18,676 nt of DNA, taken from the NCBI GenBank assembly GCA_003135555.1, contig PLCF01000084.1, positions 887 to 19,562 of the forward strand, written 5' to 3'. Position numbers and translations under genes: made by a program. Under the pieces are notes generated by a model that worked only from the letters and a program-made list of their open reading frames with translations, was not told where the DNA came from and made no database searches. The stretch is from Vulcanimicrobiota bacterium. GTDB lineage: Bacteria > Vulcanimicrobiota > Vulcanimicrobiia > Vulcanimicrobiales > Vulcanimicrobiaceae. Shown piece after piece: positions 5,979 to 13,571 of the stretch (the first letter of the stretch is position 1; each line of letters starts with the position of its first letter).

Positions 5979-8353
5979 CGAACCTCGATCGCGAGCGTCG
6001 CCGCGCCGACGTCGCCGTCGTCGGCGACCTTGAGCACGGAGACGACGTAGCGACCCGGCGTTTGCGGCAGGGCGACGTCGAAGCCTTCCTTGGCGGCGCG
6101 GTCGATACGCCATAGCAGTGCGTGCTCCGACGGTGCCCCCAGCGTCTCGGCCGCCGGTGCGCTGCGTTCGGTCGCCGCGAGGTCGACCGCGGTCGAGCGT
6201 GTCGGCGCGACCGAACCGTGCCACGCGGGCTCGGAGGAGGCCGGATTTTGGGTCGTCGTACCGGTTCCGGCGAGCACCGCGGCCGCGTCTTCGAACGATG
6301 CGCCGCCCGACGCGCGAGCGTCCGTCAAGCGGATCGCCAGCGTCGCCTCCGAGCGCTCGTTGCCGTCGGCGATCGTCAGGTGGGCGACGCTGCCCGGCGC
6401 GTACGCCGCCTTGTCGGCCGAGAGCGTGGTCGCGCGCGCATGGCCCGGTCCGTCGACCACGATGCGCTGCGTCGCGTACTCCAGCGCGCCGTCGCGGACG
6501 AAGGCGACGCCGATCGCGGCGTCGCCGACCGTCTCGGGAACCGCGAACCTCGCCGCGGCGTGGCCGCCGCTGGTGCGGATCGTCTGCTCGCCCAGCGCGC
6601 GGGTCCCCTCGAGGTCGATGAACGCATCGCCGACCGCTCCGGCGAGCGATGCGTCGACGGTGAGCCGCTCGCCGATGCGATACCGCGGCCGATCGGTCGC
6701 GATCTGAGCCTCGGCGCTGCGGCGCGCGCGACTTCCCAGCAGCGCCTGCGGCGCGACGGTTACCGCGTTGACGTCGATGGCCGACTTTCCGTCGACGTCG
6801 GCCTGGGCGAACGCGAGGCTCGTCCCCGGCACCACGTTGTGGAAGACCGCATGCGCGCGCCCGGAAGCGTCGAGCGTTACTTGCTGCTCCTGCACCACCG
6901 GACCGTGAACGAGGCGCAGCCGCACCGGCAAACCTGCGACCGCCCGTCCGTCGACGGCGTCGAATCCGAGCACGTCGAGTTGCGCGGGCTCGCCGAGGTC
7001 GAGATCGCGGCGACCCGGCGTCACCGTGAGCGCGACGCGCGCACCGGACGCGACGATCCGCGCGGATGCCGTCGACGTGCCCGTCGTCGCCACGAGCCCG
7101 TAGGTCGACGGCAACCCGTCGGTCGGCGCCGGGATGGTGAACCGCCCGATGCCCGCGGCGTCGGTGTGCAGCAGCACGTCGGCCACGGCCGCAGTACCCC
7201 ACGGCGACACGTCGTCGGGCGAGCCCCCCGAACCCGGCTCGATGACGTGCGGGGCGCGGACGACACGCACCCGCACGTCGCGACCGGCCGCCGGCGTTCC
7301 GTCGGCGCGCCACGCGCCCACCGACACCGGAACCGGTGCATCCGGAGCACAGGCCGCAGCGCATGCGGCGGCGACCGTCAGCACGACGTCGCCGACGCCG
7401 TCGACGTGGATCGCCGCGCCCGCGCCCGCGCCGGCATGCGCCGCCAGCACCGCCGCATCGCCGGCCGGCGCGTCGGCGGGGATGGCCAGCTCCGTGCTGA
7501 AGGCGCCGGCCGCGTCGAGCCGCGCCTCGGCGGCGACGAGCGTGCGGCCGCGCGCGGCGATCGACACCCGCACGTCGCCGGCATCGGGGCGGTACGCCGT
7601 GCCCGCGCGCTTGCGGGCGAAGCCGACCACGTGCACGTGCTCGCCGGCCCGCACGTTGGCGCGTTCCGCGCGCACGCCCAACAGCAGCGCCGGCACCGGC
7701 GGCTGGGCGAGCAACGACGCGAAGGTCTTGCTGCGGCCCCATTCGGCGATGGCGAAGCGCGGACGTTGCGGGCCGTTCCAGCGCGCGATACCGTGTTCGT
7801 CGGTCTTCCCGTATTGGAACGCCGTGCCGACCAGGTAGGTGATCCGCATCCCGGCCAGCGCCGCACCGGTACCCAGGTCGGCGCCGTACAGCACGATCCC
7901 GCCGGGGGACTCTTTGGTGAGCAGGCCCACGCGCGTCAGATCGAGCCAGGCCTGTTGGACCGCGTCGCCGCGCCGCGCCTCGATGACGAAGAAGCCTTCG
8001 CGGTTTTGCAGCGGCACCTCCACGTCGTTGGGGGTATAGCGCGACCCCGGCGGCGGCGTGAAGCGCCACCGCACGACCGCGTTGCGGTGCGTCGTTTCGA
8101 TGGCGCGCGCCTGGGCCACCCCGGCGACGAGCACGTCGGTCGGATCGACTTCGTAGGCCGCGAAGTCGACGGCCGCGCCGCTATACGTATCGAGCCGCAC
8201 CGCGATGCGCTTCCACGGAACCGCGACGTCGCGCGCGTAGAGCGCGAAGGTGCGGTCCCACTTGCCGGAATCAGGGAGCGGGCGCGCCGCCAGTACCGGT
8301 CCCGCGCACAGCGGCGCGACCGCCAGGAACGCCGCGACGAAACGCCGGGTCTG
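5975..8353 (-). CDS. Alpha-2-macroglobulin-like (YfaS/YfhM-type MG domains) exported protein, C-terminally short and without a thioester domain; start uncertain (first canonical GTG at 8200)
   Basis: MG-domain signatures: GKTDEHGIA, VRAERANVRAGEHVHVVGFAR, ARLDAAGAFSTELAIPADAPAG, IATDRPRYRIGERLTV, LSADKAAYAPGSVAHLTI and LLW...VALPQTPGRYVVSVLKVADDGDVG. The frame stays open upstream of 8200 and encodes a signal-peptide-like QTRRFVAAFLAVAPLCAGPVLA. Confidence 0.85.
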   Translation of the reverse strand, partial: QTRRFVAAFLAVAPLCAGPVLAARPLPDSGKWDRTFALYARDVAVPWKRIAVRLDTYSGAAVDFAAYEVDPTDVLVAGVAQARAIETTHRNAVVRWRFTPPPGSRYTPNDVEVPLQNREGFFVIEARRGDAVQQAWLDLTRVGLLTKESPGGIVLYGADLGTGAALAGMRITYLVGTAFQYGKTDEHGIARWNGPQRPRFAIAEWGRSKTFASLLAQPPVPALLLGVRAERANVRAGEHVHVVGFARKRAGTAYRPDAGDVRVSIAARGRTLVAAEARLDAAGAFSTELAIPADAPAGDAAVLAAHAGAGAGAAIHVDGVGDVVLTVAAACAAACAPDAPVPVSVGAWRADGTPAAGRDVRVRVVRAPHVIEPGSGGSPDDVSPWGTAAVADVLLHTDAAGIGRFTIPAPTDGLPSTYGLVATTGTSTASARIVASGARVALTVTPGRRDLDLGEPAQLDVLGFDAVDGRAVAGLPVRLRLVHGPVVQEQQVTLDASGRAHAVFHNVVPGTSLAFAQADVDGKSAIDVNAVTVAPQALLGSRARRSAEAQIATDRPRYRIGERLTVDASLAGAVGDAFIDLEGTRALGEQTIRTSGGHAAARFAVPETVGDAAIGVAFVRDGALEYATQRIVVDGPGHARATTLSADKAAYAPGSVAHLTIADGNERSEATLAIRLTDARASGGASFEDAAAVLAGTGTTTQNPASSEPAWHGSVAPTRSTAVDLAATERSAPAAETLGAPSEHALLWRIDRAAKEGFDVALPQTPGRYVVSVLKVADDGDVGAATLAIEVR

Positions 8354-8354
8354 C

Positions 8355-8774
8355 CTAGCGTTCGTAGAAGATCGTCCCCGCGACGTTGGGATCAGTGGTG
8401 CGGAAGCCGATCGTATACTCGCGCTTCTCGTCCTTCTTGAGCGGTTGCGTGGAGTTGCTGACCCCAGTGAACACCGACGACCCGCTGTCCTTGGCTTGAT
8501 AGCGGTTGTTGTTGCGATCGATCAAAAAGAAGTTGTCGACCGAGGGCGTGAGCTCGTACCCGAGGTTGTTGGTGAACTCGACGCGGGCGACGACGTACTC
8601 CAACGTGCCGGCGCCGGTCTGCGCCGAGGAGTCGCCGGTCGGCACGACATGCGCTTCGATGACGCGCACGTTCCCCTGGCCGTGGAAGAGCTGCTGACCG
8701 ATCGGCGTGTCGTTCTCTTTGCACGCGGCGAGGCTCGCGACGAGGAGCAGCGCGGCGGCGAAACGGGTGATCAT
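8355..8774 (-). CDS. Lipoprotein with a DUF4352-like Ig-fold domain (139 aa)
   Basis: Lipobox LAA|C. Motif EYVVARVEFTNN...DNFFLIDRNNNRY...LKKDEKREYTIGF matches the DUF4352 pattern. Confidence 0.85.
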   Translation of the reverse strand: MITRFAAALLLVASLAACKENDTPIGQQLFHGQGNVRVIEAHVVPTGDSSAQTGAGTLEYVVARVEFTNNLGYELTPSVDNFFLIDRNNNRYQAKDSGSSVFTGVSNSTQPLKKDEKREYTIGFRTTDPNVAGTIFYER

Positions 8775-8786
8775 GACGGGCCGACC

Positions 8787-8845
8787 GTTCGGCGGGTTCC
8801 GGCGCCCGTCCCGCGGCCGAGGGGCGGGCTACGCCCGGCGGGAAC
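8787..8845. promoter_or_regulatory. Back-to-back candidate alternative-sigma promoters (RGGR-N18-GAAC)
   Basis: Minus strand: GGGA (8812-8809)-N18-GAAC (8790-8787), 12 nt before ATG 8774. Plus strand: AGGG (8820-8823)-N18-GAAC (8842-8845), 6 nt before ATG 8852. Confidence 0.4.
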
Positions 8846-8851
8846 AGGGAA

Positions 8852-9025
8852 ATGGTGGAGGACGAACGCTCGAGGGGGAACTCTACCTCGACCCGCTGCC
8901 GTTACTGCGGGAGCCATGAGAAGGACCAGCGTTCGAGCGATCTTCGCGATCGGGGTGCCACATTTCAAGTGATCGTGGCGTGCGCCTCGTGCGGCGCGGC
9001 CTTCGCCGCCCTCTCCAGGAACTGA
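8852..9025 (+). CDS. Small Zn-ribbon protein (57 aa), absent from the ORF track
   Basis: MVEDERSRGNSTSTRCRYCGSHEKDQRSSDLRDRGATFQVIVACASCGAAFAALSRN*. It has two CxxCG knuckles. Its TGA (9023-9025) overlaps the ATG of the next gene (TGATG), and it fills an otherwise empty gap. Confidence 0.75.
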   Translation: MVEDERSRGNSTSTRCRYCGSHEKDQRSSDLRDRGATFQVIVACASCGAAFAALSRN

Positions 9026-9570
9026 TGCGCCTCCCTGCCTTGGTGACCGTCGCCGTGCTCGCGGCAAGCGTCGCCGCGGTCGCTGCGACGCCCGCTCCGC
9101 AGCCGAGCGCCCCGGCCCGGGTCAACGTGGAGAAGCTCCAGCCCCGCGCGATCTTCCCGAAGAAGCAGCTCCACGTCGAGGTCACCGTGGAGACCAACCG
9201 CATGGGCCAGGTCGCCCGAGTGAGGTCGCTCCTCCCGTCCCACGACAACGGCTTCGATACCCGCTGCTACGGGAATGCGCTGCAAACGTTCATCCGCACG
9301 CCGGACGGCAACGCGATCTCCGGCGTCTACCGGCTGACCTACGACTACGACCCCAAAGCCCTGCGCGTGGTGCGCAACGTCGCCCTGATCAAGGCCGGCG
9401 GCGTCGACCCCAACGCCAAGGGCGCCGCGAACGACATGATGGAGATCGCGCGCCGCAACCGCGACCGCACGCCGCCGCCCGGGCTGTACGTCACGCCGGG
9501 ACCGGCGCCGACCGTGAACGTCAAGCGCATGCCCGACCTTCCGCAGGTGATGCAGACCCCTCCGCACTAG
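9025..9570 (+). CDS. Secreted protein with a TonB C-terminal-like domain (181 aa)
   Basis: Start ATG 9025 gives a clean signal peptide MRLPALVTVAVLAASVAAVA followed by ATPAPQP. The core LHVEVTVETNRMGQVARVRSLLPSHDNGFD...PDGNAISGVYRLTYDY follows the TonB_C pattern. Pro-rich tail. Confidence 0.75.
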   Translation: MRLPALVTVAVLAASVAAVAATPAPQPSAPARVNVEKLQPRAIFPKKQLHVEVTVETNRMGQVARVRSLLPSHDNGFDTRCYGNALQTFIRTPDGNAISGVYRLTYDYDPKALRVVRNVALIKAGGVDPNAKGAANDMMEIARRNRDRTPPPGLYVTPGPAPTVNVKRMPDLPQVMQTPPH

Positions 9571-9582
9571 CGGAAAAAGGCG

Positions 9583-9840
9583 ATGCCGCGCAGGGTTCGT
9601 CCGGCCAAGCCAGACCCGCAGGCGGGCGCCGACGCGCTCATGGCGTGGTACGTCAAGCAGCGCCTCGAAGACGACCCGCGCATCGACGCGGACGTCGAGC
9701 GCTCGTGCACCTCGAAGCAGCAGTATGCCGACGAAATGGACGCGCACGCGCACGCGCTCATGAACGGAATGGGCGACGTCCTGTTCTCGTACGAATGCCG
9801 CTACTGCGGCTTCTGGCACTTGACGCGCCGCCCGAACTGA
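9583..9840 (+). CDS. Small C3H zinc-finger-like protein (85 aa)
   Basis: Motif CTSKQQY...A...YECRYCGFWHLT. AAAAGG lies immediately upstream of the ATG, which is 12 bp after the previous stop. Confidence 0.85.
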   Translation: MPRRVRPAKPDPQAGADALMAWYVKQRLEDDPRIDADVERSCTSKQQYADEMDAHAHALMNGMGDVLFSYECRYCGFWHLTRRPN

Positions 9841-9892
9841 TCTCCATGTCGGGCCGGCGCGTGAACGATCGTAGCGGATGCTTCGACGGGGC

Positions 9893-10375
9893 TCAGCTCG
9901 CTGCCGCGGCCGCTACTTTTTCGGTGTTGGCGGGGTCGAAGCTCCAGCGGTCGTCGAGGTCGAGGATCTCGAACCAGTTGCGCAGGTGCGGGTATTCACG
10001 CAACACGGGATAGCGCGGCAGCACCTGCGCGAAGTGCTCGTCGTCGCGGATGCCGCGTTCGCGCAGCCGGTCGTTGATCGAGTCGAAGATGCCTTCGTCG
10101 GAGCGCGCGAGCAGCCAGGTCACCACGTCGTCGTCGCTGCGCGCGTTGCGGACGCCTTCGGTGAACTCGTCTTCGTTGAGGCCGAGCCACTCGATCAGAT
10201 AGCCCGATAGCCCCGGCGAGACTTTGTAGAAGCCCAGCGTACCTTGCAGCTTCGCCCGCGTCTTGTCGATCGTCCGTGCCAGGAAGTACAGGCCGCCGAG
10301 CATCTCGCGCGGGCTACGCGGCGGGTGAACGCGCAAGTCCGCCTCGGGATACGGCAGTACGCCGCCGGCGCTCAC
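9893..10375 (-). CDS. DUF5069 domain-containing protein (160 aa)
   Basis: PPRSPREMLGGLYFLARTIDKTRAKLQGTLGFY...WLGL...SDDDVVTWL...WFEILDLDD. GTGA overlap with the cupin stop codon. Confidence 0.88.
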   Translation of the reverse strand: MSAGGVLPYPEADLRVHPPRSPREMLGGLYFLARTIDKTRAKLQGTLGFYKVSPGLSGYLIEWLGLNEDEFTEGVRNARSDDDVVTWLLARSDEGIFDSINDRLRERGIRDDEHFAQVLPRYPVLREYPHLRNWFEILDLDDRWSFDPANTEKVAAAAAS

Positions 10376-11316
10376 GATGCGGACGCTTCACGGCGGTACG
10401 CGCCGATCGCTTCGAGCACCGGCCGGTCGTCGTAGCGGAACAGGTAGGTGTCCTTCGCGGCTTCGTGACGGTACGGCATCCAGGACGGGATGCAGAACGT
10501 GTCGCCCTTCTCCCACTCGAGCCGTGCGTCGCCGGCGACGGTGAAGCCGCGCCCTTTGTACACGTGGTAGACGATCCCGGCGGTCTCGCGCCGCGTCGGC
10601 GACGAACCACCGCCGACGATGCGCTCCGCCGCGGCGCCGATCACGCGCGAGACCGGCCCGCCGGTCTGCTTGTGCTCGTACTCGGCGAACGAGTACGGCC
10701 CATCCTCGGCTTGCAACCGTGCCTCCATGTCCGCCCAACAATAGCGGAGGTGCGTGTCCGACGCCGCCTCAACCGACGGAAAGCGCTCCTCGCTGTACGG
10801 CTGGGCGAAGTTGGCCGGGAAGAATTGGTACACCGGAAGATCGAGCCCGTCGAGCCAGACCATCGGGCCTTCGCCCTCGTGGCCGTGATCGTGATACTCC
10901 CACGACGGCGTGAGGACGAGATCGCCGCGTCGCATCGTGACCTTCTCACCGCCAACCGCGGTGTACGCCGCGTCACCCTCGATGATGAAGCGCAGCGCGA
11001 AGGCGACGTGCCGGTGCGCGGGCGCGACCTCGCCGGGCAAGATGAGTTGCAAACCGGCGAACAGCGTGTCGGTGGTGTGGGGCGGCGCCAGCGCAGGATT
11101 GATCAGCATCAGAACGCGGCGCTCGGCGTCCTGCGTACCGACCAAGGTGCCTGCACGTCCCAGCAGCGGCCGCAAGGCTTCGTAGCGCCACACGTGCGGG
11201 ACAGCCTTGGGCTGGGGCCGCGGTGGGACCATCGCGTCCATCATCGTCCAGAGCGGCTGCGCGCCCTCAACGGCCGCCTCGGCGAACAGGCGGGCCAGGG
11301 AGTCCGTCGCGATCAT
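10372..11316 (-). CDS. Gentisate 1,2-dioxygenase-family bicupin ring-cleavage dioxygenase (314 aa)
   Basis: AERRVLMLINP, TTDTLFAGLQLILPGEVAPAHRH (Fe ligands), TPSWEYHDHG, WLDGLDLP and WEKGDTFCIPSW. ATG 11316 has AAAGGA upstream. Confidence 0.93.
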   Translation of the reverse strand: MIATDSLARLFAEAAVEGAQPLWTMMDAMVPPRPQPKAVPHVWRYEALRPLLGRAGTLVGTQDAERRVLMLINPALAPPHTTDTLFAGLQLILPGEVAPAHRHVAFALRFIIEGDAAYTAVGGEKVTMRRGDLVLTPSWEYHDHGHEGEGPMVWLDGLDLPVYQFFPANFAQPYSEERFPSVEAASDTHLRYCWADMEARLQAEDGPYSFAEYEHKQTGGPVSRVIGAAAERIVGGGSSPTRRETAGIVYHVYKGRGFTVAGDARLEWEKGDTFCIPSWMPYRHEAAKDTYLFRYDDRPVLEAIGAYRREASAS

Positions 11317-11395
11317 CCTACGAGTCCTTTTGGCGGATCGGCCCGGTGTGGTCGGGAAGGGCCGCGTGTTCAGCGTTCCCGATTCGGAGGCCCCC

Positions 11396-12268
11396 TTGCG
11401 CTTCGTGCTCTTCAGCACCCCGTCATCCACCCCGCGGCCCGGCATTGTCGACGGCGAGACGATCCGGCCGCTCGAGGGGATCGAGTCGCTCGACGCGCTC
11501 GTCGCGCTGGATCCGGCAGCGCGCACCGCCGCGACCGCACGCCTCGGGGACCCCGTCGGGCTCGCCGGCACATGCCTGCACGCGCCGCTGCATCCGCGCA
11601 AGAACGTTTTTTGTGTCGGTCGTAACTATTTGGCCCACGCCGAAGAAGGCGCGCGCGTTCGCGGCGAGGAGCTCAAGCTGCCGTCGGTGCCGACGCTGTT
11701 CACCAAGGCGCCGACCGCAATCGCCGATCCCGATGCGACCCTGCACCTCAGCGGCGCCGTATCGCAAGCCTACGACTGGGAAGCGGAGCTGGCGGTGGTG
11801 ATCGGCACGCGCTGCAAGGACGTCCCGGAGGCCTCGGCGCTCGAGGTCGTCTTCGGCTACACCTGCCTCAACGACGTCACCGCGCGCGACGTCCAGCGCG
11901 CGACCACGCAGTGGTTCAAGGGCAAGACGCTCGACGACACCTGCCCACTGGGACCGTGGATCGTGAGCGCCGACGAGATCGGGGATCCGCAGCAGCTCGA
12001 CGTATCGCTGCGCGTCAACGGCGTGACCAAGCAGCACGCGAGCACGGCGGTCATGATCTTCTCGGTCGCGCGCTGCATCGCCGAGCTTTCCAAAGGGATG
12101 ACCCTCGAACCCGGCGACATCATCGCAACCGGCACGCCCGAGGGCGTCGGGTTCGCGCGCACGCCGCCCGAGTTCCTCAAGGACGGCGACGTCATGGAAG
12201 TGGAGATCTCCAAGATCGGCGTGCTCCGCAACCCCGTCGCGATCTCGGCCGCCGCAGCCACGCACTAA
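11396..12268 (+). CDS. Fumarylacetoacetate hydrolase family protein (290 aa)
   Basis: CVGRNYLAHAEE, FTKAPT, DWEAELAVVIG, GYTCLNDVTARDVQ, WFKGKTLD and GDIIATGTPEGVG. TTG start at 11396 with GGAGG 5 nt upstream. Confidence 0.95.
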   Translation: MRFVLFSTPSSTPRPGIVDGETIRPLEGIESLDALVALDPAARTAATARLGDPVGLAGTCLHAPLHPRKNVFCVGRNYLAHAEEGARVRGEELKLPSVPTLFTKAPTAIADPDATLHLSGAVSQAYDWEAELAVVIGTRCKDVPEASALEVVFGYTCLNDVTARDVQRATTQWFKGKTLDDTCPLGPWIVSADEIGDPQQLDVSLRVNGVTKQHASTAVMIFSVARCIAELSKGMTLEPGDIIATGTPEGVGFARTPPEFLKDGDVMEVEISKIGVLRNPVAISAAAATH

Positions 12269-12269
12269 C

Positions 12270-13571
12270 GTGACCTCGCTTCCCGAGCCCCGACGCCGCG
12301 AGCGCTACGACGTCGTCGTGTGCGGGGGCGGAGCGGCGGGCGTCGCCGCCGCGCTGGGCGCCGCGCGCTGCGGCGCGCGGGTCGCACTCATCGAGCAGGC
12401 GCCGTTCCTGGGCGGCGCCGCGACGCGCAGCAGCGTGCTGACCTATTGCGGCTTTTGGACGCAAGCCGACCCGCCGCAGCGCGCCGTCGGCGGCGTGGGC
12501 AGTGAGGTGCTCGAGGCCTTGGCGCGGCTGGGCGGGTTGAGCGGACCCACCCGCGTCCACGCCACCCAGGTGGTCATCGCGTTGATCGATCCCGAGGCGG
12601 TGAAGCTCGCGCTCGACCGGCTGTGCGCGGCGGCGGGGATCGATGTCATCCTCCACGCGCGGCTGTGCGCCGCCGACGCCGGCGACGGCCTCGTGCGCAG
12701 CGCGGTCGCGCTCGATCACGACGGGACTTTCGCCTGCGACGCTGCTGCCTTCGTCGATGCCGGCGGGGAGGCCGACCTCGCGCAGCAGGCCGGAGCCAAA
12801 ACGCGATACGGTGATGCCGAGGGCCGCGTGCAGGTCGGAACGCTGGCGATGCGGATCGGCGGAATCCCGGCCGATGCCGACGTGTCGCGCGTCGAATGGG
12901 CGCGCGCCGTGCGCGATGCCAAGGCACGTGGTGCCGAGCGCATGATCAAGGAACAAGGGCTCGTCGCGCGGCTGCCGTTCAGCGGAGAGATCGTCGCCTT
13001 TCTCGCCGACGAAGCGTACGACGCGCGCGACGCGCGCTCGAGCAGCGCGGCCGAACGACGTGCCCGCGAACAAGCGTGGTCGTACGTGGAGGCGATCCGG
13101 GCCCTCCCGGGCCACGCTCAAGCATATCTCATCGCGACCGGGCCGGCGATCGGCACCCGCGAGTCGCGCCACGTCGTCGCGCGCTCCCAACTTCTGGGCG
13201 AGCAGGTGCTTGCCGCGCACGTGCCTGCCGATACCGTCGCGCTGGGCGCCTGGCCGGTGGAGCTGCATCCGGCTCCCGGCACGAATGTCTGGAAGCGGTT
13301 GCGTGACGACGCGGCCTACGGCATCTCGCTCGATACGCTGGCGAGCGCGACGCACCGCAATCTCTTCGCGGCCGGACGCACCATCGACGCCGATGCCGAC
13401 GCTTTCGGGTCGGCACGCGTTATGGGAACGGCGTTCGCGACCGGGCACGCCGCCGGGATCGCCGCCGCACTCGTCGCTCGCGGCGGTGTGGCTGACGTGG
13501 CGGCGGTGCGTGCCGAAATCCTCCGTCAGAACGGTATCCTCGAGCTCGAAAGGACCCCCGCAGCGTCATGA
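12270..13571 (+). CDS. FAD-dependent oxidoreductase (FAD_oxidored/PF12831-like, 433 aa)
   Basis: YDVVVCGGGAAGVAAALGAARCGARVALIE, FVDAGGEADL, GTRESRH, NLFAAGRTI and RVMGTAFATGHAAG. Starts 1 bp after the FAH stop. Confidence 0.93.
   Translation: MTSLPEPRRRERYDVVVCGGGAAGVAAALGAARCGARVALIEQAPFLGGAATRSSVLTYCGFWTQADPPQRAVGGVGSEVLEALARLGGLSGPTRVHATQVVIALIDPEAVKLALDRLCAAAGIDVILHARLCAADAGDGLVRSAVALDHDGTFACDAAAFVDAGGEADLAQQAGAKTRYGDAEGRVQVGTLAMRIGGIPADADVSRVEWARAVRDAKARGAERMIKEQGLVARLPFSGEIVAFLADEAYDARDARSSSAAERRAREQAWSYVEAIRALPGHAQAYLIATGPAIGTRESRHVVARSQLLGEQVLAAHVPADTVALGAWPVELHPAPGTNVWKRLRDDAAYGISLDTLASATHRNLFAAGRTIDADADAFGSARVMGTAFATGHAAGIAAALVARGGVADVAAVRAEILRQNGILELERTPAAS

Noticed and set aside
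3315..8069. 1584-aa giant PolA with a ~700-aa N-terminal extension
   Set aside because: The extension is Arg/Gly/Ala-rich off-frame translation of the A2M-like gene, a stop-poor frame in high-GC DNA. PolA homology begins just after ATG 5978, which has an ATGA coupling.
11207..11601. Apparent ~400-bp head-to-head overlap of the cupin and FAH ORFs in the track
   Set aside because: Artefact of longest-ORF starts. The RBS-supported starts are 11316 (-) and 11396 (+).
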